A stretch of DNA of 64,000 bases, taken from positions 90,506 through 154,505 of the IMG/VR virus record IMGVR_UViG_3300035661_000011, one strand, 5' to 3'. Below the pieces are notes generated by a model. That model worked only from the letters and a program-made list of their open reading frames with translations. It was not told the origin of the DNA and did not search any database. Positions 57,509-64,000 of the stretch are shown here, one piece after another; within the stretch, counting starts at the first letter, position 1, and each line of letters starts with the position of its first letter. Source of the stretch: a virus. The position numbers and the translations under genes were made by a program.

Positions 57509-60500
57509 GTGAGTACCCTTATTCAACAAAAAGACTTTGACATTAGATTTGTGTCAAAACCAATTGTTAAAATTGGTAGTAGCTATAAAAAGATTATACC
57601 GAGTGTACTTTTTTTACCAGTGGATTCAGCTATACACTTTATTCCAGAAGTGAGTTCTGAGTTAGGGGTTGATAAAAGTTTCAGCTTACTACGAAACCAC
57701 TACACTGAATCAAAAATATTTCACGTTACCAAATTACACACCCACTTAGGTAACCCTAGTGCGACGACCGTTAATTTAAATACTCTAAAAATAGCCTACC
57801 ATAGAGGACACCTAGAAATAAAAGAAGTGTCTAACTTAGATAGATCATTAACATTGGAGAAATGTCCATTAGTTATAAACTATTCGATGTTAGGTAAGTT
57901 GTTTGAATATAAACAAAGCCCTTTAGCAGAATATAATAGTTGGAGTAACATACGTTCTACAATGTGGGATACAATCAATCAAATTGGAAGTAGACGTTCA
58001 CATTTTATTAAGTTTAGAATGCCAGTTCACCTCCCAACCAAAGCCGAACTAAATAAGTATTTACATGGGTTTACCACCAGTGGAATGTCTGAATTTTACA
58101 CTAAGGATGGGTTTGATTTACTTGAACTTTGGCAGATACTACATCCTTCTGTAGAAACGCCAGTGTCTAAAATAGATGAGTCTGTTCTAGAAAACACATA
58201 TTTAGTTTTCATTGAATCCGGTGTAACAATAATTTTATCACTCGGTGATTTGGTCGAATGGTCGGTTGAAGATTATGAAGCTACAATTACTACATTCCAT
58301 AAGTTCTTAGATAGTTTAATTGGTTTAAGAAATCCAGTTGACTTAAAAGAACTAGAAGAAGAAACCCACACTGATGCAACAGGGTTAGACCCAAATAGCA
58401 CAATTGTAAGATTGATAAATGAACACGGTGAAAACGGTAACTTATCGGCTAAGGAACAAACTGGTTTACTAAAGTTATCACAACGTTATAAATCTATACA
58501 AGACCCACACGGTAGTGGAAAAACACTCGACAAAATGGTGGTTACGGACGAAGATATAACTATCCGTAGAGACGTTTTAATAAACGATTCGGCTGGGTCA
58601 ATTCCAGATAGCATGAAGTATTCTTCATTAGACTCAATGGAAAAAGACTATCTTAAGAACATAATGCCAAAAGACATTGTGCAAATGGTTTTGAAATTAC
58701 AGGACGGTGGAATTATCATTAAGGATATGAAAGCCAAGAAAAAAATAGATGCTGCTTCAAAGACAATTGAATACACTGTATCCTCAGTTCCAATTGCAGG
58801 TGAATCGGCACCATTTAAGCTCACTATGCCGATTGTTGAAGAAGATGGTACATTTACCTTAGGTGGAACTAAATATCGCTTAGATAAGCAAAAAGGAGAG
58901 ATGCCTATAATTAAGACTAAACCAAACGTAGTAGCTTTAGGCACTTACTATGGTAAGCTGTTTATTACTCGCACTGAAGCATCGTCTTTAAATATCTCTA
59001 AATGGATTAATAAAGTCCTTTTGAATAATGATAACCGTAATAACCCAGATGGTAATGTTACAGATATACTACACGGTACTTCTATAATTAAAGACAAAGT
59101 TCCACGTATGTATTCTGCGATTGCAGAATTATATCGGGGGTTTACTGTCTCTAACCAATACGAGTTTACTTTTTCGTATTCAAATATAAGTAAAAGTTTT
59201 ACAGAGTTAGAAATTTCAGCTATGGGTGAATTAAAACTCATACCTTGTGGAAGGGATATTAAATCTAAACAACCATTAGGTATGGATGACATCGGTAAAG
59301 TGTATGTAGTTATTCCCAAAACTGATAAAAATATGTCAGACCACAATGTCATATATCTAGGCACAGTGCCAAATTTGATTAGTGAAGATTTAGGTAACGG
59401 TCCCATTGAATACACTGAAATCGAAATGTTCTCTAAAAGACTTCCAATCATACTTGCGTTTTTTATACAATATGGTATTGAAAAAACATTTAGACTTTTA
59501 CACGTTACTTACAGACAAGAACCAACTAACATCCGTATACCATATGACCAAAATGAATTTCTGTTTAAATGTAAAGACACAGTGTTTGTAATTGATATAA
59601 GTAACCCGTATAGAAAGCTGATAGTTGGTGGTTTGCACTCAATACGCGATATCTCTAATCGCTACAAAAGTGTAGACTATAACCACAAACAAGCATATGC
59701 GTCAATTTTCACATCGTTAGGTTTATCAATCCATCACATTCGTGAGGTTGGGTTAATGTGGGATATGTTCATAGACCCAATCTCAGAAGCTATTTTAAAG
59801 ATTGAAGGACAACCTACTGAATTTAAAGAGCTATTATTACACGCTAGTGACTTACTAATCGACGACCATATGCCAGATACCAAGTCTGTTAGATATAAGG
59901 GGTATGAGCGTATAGCTGGGATGCTTTATAGAGAGTTAGTTTTAGCTATGAGAACCCACCGTGCTAAGGGCTCTAGTTCGGGTACATCATTCACCATTAA
60001 CCCTAGAGCATTATTATTGAGTATTCAACAAGACCAAACAATAATGTTGGTTGAAGAATCTAACCCTATACATAACTTAAAGGAGAAAGAATCATTTACA
60101 CATACTGGTTCTGGTGGTCGTAGTGGTGACACTATGATGAAAGATGACCGAGGGTTTAAACGTGGGGATTTTGGTATAGACTCTATGGACACTAAAGACT
60201 CTGGAAAAGTGGGAGTGTGTGCATCCTTGACAGCAGACCCTTTGTTTGAAAACAACAGAGGTATGACTAAATATACTGAGTTTAATGATGCTAACCCAGT
60301 GAATAGTTTAAGTACATCGTTTTTGATGAGTCCAGGTGCATCACATGACGATGGAAAACGCCAATGTTTTATTTCTATACAAAATAGTCACACTGTGTCG
60401 TGTGACAATTATGAGGCGTTACCATATAGAACTGGGTATGAGGAAATTATAGGTGCTAGAGCTGATGAGTTATTTGCAGTTAGTGCATTGGATGATGGGG

Positions 60501-61474
60501 TGGTGTCTAATATTACCAAAGATGTATTAACCGTAATGTACACTGGTACTAAAAAACACAACTATGAGTTTGGTATTAAACACGGTGTTGTTAGTGGGAC
60601 AATGGTTGCACATAACCGTGTTACAGACATGGTAGTTGGTCAGAAATTTAAAAAGTCTGATATATTAATTTTTGATGCGGGGTTCTTTCAAAGAAGTGAA
60701 TTAAATCCGAACAACGTGGTCTATAAACATGGTGTACTGGCTAATGTAGCTTTAGTAGATAATAGTTTAACCAATGAAGATGGAGCTGTGTTTTCTAGTG
60801 AGTTTGCTAAGAAAATGTACACCACTCAGACTAAAGCACATTACATAGTTGTAGACTTCGATAGCGTTGTTCACAACTTAGTTCAAGTTGGTATGGAGGT
60901 GGAACCTGAAACCATCATGTGTACTCTTGAGGGGTTTGTTAGTGAAGACTTACATACGCGTGACCCTAGTTCAATAAAGGCACTTACTGCCATTGGTGCT
61001 AACAACCCTAAAGCAAAAGTCTATGGTAAAATAACGTTCATGGACGTTGTATACTACGGTAAGCTAGAGGATATGCACGAGAGTTTACAAGTCATTGCTA
61101 CAAAATACGATAACCTACGTGGTAAGAAAGTTACCACGTTAGATTCATCAGATGCAAAGACTGGTAAAATAAATGAATCTATTCGTGTAGGGGGAGTTAA
61201 GTTAGAACCTAACCAAATGGTAATACGCATTTTTATTGATTCTTTATTAGGTATGGAAGGTGGTGACAAATACGTAGTTGGCCATCAGCTTAAGGGCACA
61301 GTTAGTAGTGTAGCAACTGACCCAATGACGTGTGAAGATGGTAGAGTGATTGACCTTAAGTTTGCGCATTTATCTGTAAGTAACCGTATTGTTGAAGCTA
61401 TAAAGATATGTGGTATGATGAATGAAATTCTAAGGGTCGGTACACTTGAAATGATAAAGATTTATAAATCGTAA
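57509..61474 (+). CDS. Virion RNA polymerase beta N-terminal/main subunit (phiKZ gp178-like)
   Basis: P.VEEDGTF.LGG..Y, T.TG.GGRS, T.DSGKVG, HDDGKR..F..IQ.SH, EDG.V.S, GDK.V.GHQLKGTV. Confidence 0.9.
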   Translation: MSTLIQQKDFDIRFVSKPIVKIGSSYKKIIPSVLFLPVDSAIHFIPEVSSELGVDKSFSLLRNHYTESKIFHVTKLHTHLGNPSATTVNLNTLKIAYHRGHLEIKEVSNLDRSLTLEKCPLVINYSMLGKLFEYKQSPLAEYNSWSNIRSTMWDTINQIGSRRSHFIKFRMPVHLPTKAELNKYLHGFTTSGMSEFYTKDGFDLLELWQILHPSVETPVSKIDESVLENTYLVFIESGVTIILSLGDLVEWSVEDYEATITTFHKFLDSLIGLRNPVDLKELEEETHTDATGLDPNSTIVRLINEHGENGNLSAKEQTGLLKLSQRYKSIQDPHGSGKTLDKMVVTDEDITIRRDVLINDSAGSIPDSMKYSSLDSMEKDYLKNIMPKDIVQMVLKLQDGGIIIKDMKAKKKIDAASKTIEYTVSSVPIAGESAPFKLTMPIVEEDGTFTLGGTKYRLDKQKGEMPIIKTKPNVVALGTYYGKLFITRTEASSLNISKWINKVLLNNDNRNNPDGNVTDILHGTSIIKDKVPRMYSAIAELYRGFTVSNQYEFTFSYSNISKSFTELEISAMGELKLIPCGRDIKSKQPLGMDDIGKVYVVIPKTDKNMSDHNVIYLGTVPNLISEDLGNGPIEYTEIEMFSKRLPIILAFFIQYGIEKTFRLLHVTYRQEPTNIRIPYDQNEFLFKCKDTVFVIDISNPYRKLIVGGLHSIRDISNRYKSVDYNHKQAYASIFTSLGLSIHHIREVGLMWDMFIDPISEAILKIEGQPTEFKELLLHASDLLIDDHMPDTKSVRYKGYERIAGMLYRELVLAMRTHRAKGSSSGTSFTINPRALLLSIQQDQTIMLVEESNPIHNLKEKESFTHTGSGGRSGDTMMKDDRGFKRGDFGIDSMDTKDSGKVGVCASLTADPLFENNRGMTKYTEFNDANPVNSLSTSFLMSPGASHDDGKRQCFISIQNSHTVSCDNYEALPYRTGYEEIIGARADELFAVSALDDGVVSNITKDVLTVMYTGTKKHNYEFGIKHGVVSGTMVAHNRVTDMVVGQKFKKSDILIFDAGFFQRSELNPNNVVYKHGVLANVALVDNSLTNEDGAVFSSEFAKKMYTTQTKAHYIVVDFDSVVHNLVQVGMEVEPETIMCTLEGFVSEDLHTRDPSSIKALTAIGANNPKAKVYGKITFMDVVYYGKLEDMHESLQVIATKYDNLRGKKVTTLDSSDAKTGKINESIRVGGVKLEPNQMVIRIFIDSLLGMEGGDKYVVGHQLKGTVSSVATDPMTCEDGRVIDLKFAHLSVSNRIVEAIKICGMMNEILRVGTLEMIKIYKS

Positions 61475-61515
61475 TTAAACTGGGAGTAACCTCCCATAAT
61501 ACAAGAGGAACTATT

Positions 61516-61722
61516 ATGTCACAATCCAATGAAACAACCGTTATATCCAACACTGAAGTTTCAAAAAAAGAGCATACCACTAAATTAGCAATGGCGGTTA
61601 CAATAAGCCTGGCTACAGAAATTATCAATGCGACTATAGGTAAAAGTATGCCTAATCGTATCGATGTTTCAGATGTACCTAAAATTGCAGCTAATGCAAT
61701 TAACTCAAACCTTTTGTCTTAA
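61516..61722 (+). CDS. Small hypothetical protein
   Basis: GAGGA RBS. Confidence 0.55.
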   Translation: MSQSNETTVISNTEVSKKEHTTKLAMAVTISLATEIINATIGKSMPNRIDVSDVPKIAANAINSNLLS

Positions 61723-61732
61723 GGAGACAGGT

Positions 61733-63154
61733 ATGTTAACAGAAGATATTTTAAAGTTAGCTGGAGACATTGCAGCTACAGCCTCGTATTCTAACAAGGG
61801 TTTTGCTGCTAAGCCACAAGGTCCAATAGCCACTTTGTTAGGTACGCTACCGACTGTACTAGAGGCTGGTAGTGATGAAGATATAACGCGTGCTTCACTT
61901 GAACGTTTATCCGTCATTGGTAGCCATGAACAAGTTCAGCGTGGAATTGTCACAGTGTATGCACGAGTAATCTGTAACATTGTGGATGCTGCAAGAAACA
62001 CAGTTAAACCTCTAGTTGATTCAATCTTTCGAGATATTCAAGAGGAACGCACTAGAGCCCTTATGTTCGATACTGGGTTGTATAGAGAAATTGTACAAGT
62101 GATTACTCCACGAATCCTTTACGATGCACAATTCGCCGCTATGGTATCTGAATACAAAGATGTCACGTATCCGAATGTAAATTCATTAAATGAAATACTC
62201 TCAGTTATCTATGATGAACTTGCACCCACTGAGATTATGCAATTGGCTTTAACTGGTAGTTCTGAAATCGATTCTAAGTTAAGAGAAGTTTATGGTGAAG
62301 AAATATCACGCTTAGACTTTAAATATGACACTTCATCATACGCCATACCTTTGCGGGCAGCTATCACAGTGTTTATGTTACTTAACGGCGTTATCAATTA
62401 CAGAACTGATAAACTGGGTATTTTAGTTGATAACCCAGAAGCCTTGAGTAAAGTGTTGATGATGCGTAACACTTTAGGTGCTGCAATCTATCGATTATTA
62501 ACCGTCTACACAAACGACATTGATAACGGGCATATGTTCTGTAACGATAGCCGTTTGTATTCTGAATCAGAAAACGTGCGCACTGACGACTCTAAAGTCT
62601 ATGTATACTCTGAACTATACAGAGACTGGACAGTTAACAAAGGTGGAAGTATTGAAGCCCTACTTGGTTATGTTTGTGCAGCTAAAGAAAAGCACGCAGT
62701 GTTAGACGAGAAAGTGCTATCTAATGACATTGATGGACATCTAGCTTTTTATTCCCGTAAACAACACAGTGTGGACTTATCAAAAGCTTTATCTGATATT
62801 GAAGTAGTTAAGAAAACTGCACATCGGGAACTTGAGCGTTATATCAATGACACGTATTGTAAAAGTGAAGCTGAGTTTACAATGTATCACACTCGGGCTA
62901 AATATGCAGTTGAGCATGATTACCACGGCCCTGCTGATTTAGAAGCCTATCTAATTAAGTTGGTTGCACGTACACTATATCCAGCTAGAGGTAGTGTAGC
63001 CTCTGAAATTAACAAAAGTGATGTTAAAGATATTTTGTTAGAAGTACATTCACAAACTGTAAATGTTGAGAATCCAAATTATGAAGAAGCACTACTGTTA
63101 GCTATGGTAAGGCTCATTTGTAAAACATTAACGCACGACTTAGTGTTGGTATAG
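61733..63154 (+). CDS. Virion-associated protein (phiKZ gp177-like by synteny)
   Basis: AGGAG RBS before ATG61733; lies between the beta and beta'-C subunit genes. Confidence 0.6.
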   Translation: MLTEDILKLAGDIAATASYSNKGFAAKPQGPIATLLGTLPTVLEAGSDEDITRASLERLSVIGSHEQVQRGIVTVYARVICNIVDAARNTVKPLVDSIFRDIQEERTRALMFDTGLYREIVQVITPRILYDAQFAAMVSEYKDVTYPNVNSLNEILSVIYDELAPTEIMQLALTGSSEIDSKLREVYGEEISRLDFKYDTSSYAIPLRAAITVFMLLNGVINYRTDKLGILVDNPEALSKVLMMRNTLGAAIYRLLTVYTNDIDNGHMFCNDSRLYSESENVRTDDSKVYVYSELYRDWTVNKGGSIEALLGYVCAAKEKHAVLDEKVLSNDIDGHLAFYSRKQHSVDLSKALSDIEVVKKTAHRELERYINDTYCKSEAEFTMYHTRAKYAVEHDYHGPADLEAYLIKLVARTLYPARGSVASEINKSDVKDILLEVHSQTVNVENPNYEEALLLAMVRLICKTLTHDLVLV

Positions 63155-63156
63155 CT

Positions 63157-63858
63157 ATGGAATTGGGTCATCTAAAACGTGATGCTAAAGTAGTACATAG
63201 TGCACTTAAAGAAGTGGGTGATAGTCTTGTGGCAGTTAAGCCTTTAAAGATTTATGTACCTGAACACTATTTAAGTTGTGAACTGCTTAACGTATCTGAC
63301 AAAGTGTCTATGGTGGCTATATTTGGAATTGTTGTGGGTGGATATTACTCGGTTAGTATTGCTGATGCGATGTGTATCACAGAACCCACTTCAGTTACAG
63401 TTGTTACTATAGCTGGGAGTAAATATTACGAGTTGACTTATGAGGTTGGTGACAAGGTGATGGTTAATATTAACCTTGTGCAAAAGAACTCTATTTTAAT
63501 CGTTCTATACACTGACTTTTTAGGTAGAGCTAACGTACCGTGGTACTTTGATTACGATGAACTGTCAGCTGTATTTGAAACCTGTAGATTACACGCAGGT
63601 GCAAGTTTACAGACTGACCAAGCTATCATAGAGTTGTTAGTTAGTATTACAGCTAGACAACAGAAAGATAAACGGTTATTCTATAGACACGATAACAAGT
63701 TATATAGGCCAGCGTACATTGGTATTTCAAATGTAGCATTTCAAGCAAATGACACATACACTAAGTTAGCTGGTGGATATTTTAATGATGGTTTAACTAG
63801 TGCGTTAGTTACACCAACCACAACCAATGAAGAATTAGTAACTCTAATTCGACAATAA
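63157..63858 (+). CDS. Probable vRNAP beta' C-terminal subunit (phiKZ gp176-like)
   Basis: LKRD...V, VPWY..Y.EL..F, IELLVS..AR and KLAGGYF.DGL.SAL....E.L..L.R resemble the RpoC C-terminus; synteny. Confidence 0.7.
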   Translation: MELGHLKRDAKVVHSALKEVGDSLVAVKPLKIYVPEHYLSCELLNVSDKVSMVAIFGIVVGGYYSVSIADAMCITEPTSVTVVTIAGSKYYELTYEVGDKVMVNINLVQKNSILIVLYTDFLGRANVPWYFDYDELSAVFETCRLHAGASLQTDQAIIELLVSITARQQKDKRLFYRHDNKLYRPAYIGISNVAFQANDTYTKLAGGYFNDGLTSALVTPTTTNEELVTLIRQ

Positions 63859-63869
63859 TAGGAGCTATT

Positions 63870-64000
63870 ATGGTAAACCCTAAATTAGCAAGACGTCAAC
63901 GTGTGCATGTGGATACAAGAATTCCACTCCCACGAAATCAAACTGGTGCTATGGAACCAGAGTCATTACGGTGGACTAGCTCAAATGAAGGATTAGCTAC
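63870..64000 (+). CDS. 5' end of the next gene (truncated by the window)
   Basis: GGAG RBS with ATG63870; open to the window end. Confidence 0.5.
   Translation, partial: MVNPKLARRQRVHVDTRIPLPRNQTGAMEPESLRWTSSNEGLA

Noticed and set aside
1-64000. Alternative genetic code, tRNA or rRNA genes
   Set aside because: Long core genes are intact in code 11 and use all three stops; no tRNA cloverleaf or rRNA sequence was recognised.

Overview
This is an AT-rich segment of a phiKZ-like (nucleus-forming/Chimalliviridae-type) jumbo phage genome. The call rests on split virion RNA-polymerase subunits, a gp181/gp182-like tail pair, UvsX, SbcC, RNase H and a phiKZ-type tail-fibre paralogue family. phiKZ gp numbers are assigned from recalled motifs and synteny, not from a search. 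Core virion and replication genes alternate with + strand accessory islands. Most islands begin with a TATAT(T/C)ATCT motif followed by a stem-loop, and many transcription units end at long, perfect, loop-less palindromes. The top finding concerns the virion RNAP beta' catalytic subunit. It is interrupted right after its DxDGD motif by a group I intron (~53309-53974). Exon 2 finishes the polymerase and then runs in frame into an inorganic-pyrophosphatase-like domain, a GNAT acetyltransferase and a HAD phosphatase. Each domain is preceded by a G-x-E motif resembling the phiKZ prohead-protease site, which suggests a splicing-dependent, protease-processed virion cargo polyprotein. Other leads are a possible NADAR-like/RNase H fusion next to a macrodomain (possible anti-ADP-ribosylation pair), a degenerate GyrB-ATPase mimic, a tail protein with two muralytic domains and modular fibre cassettes.
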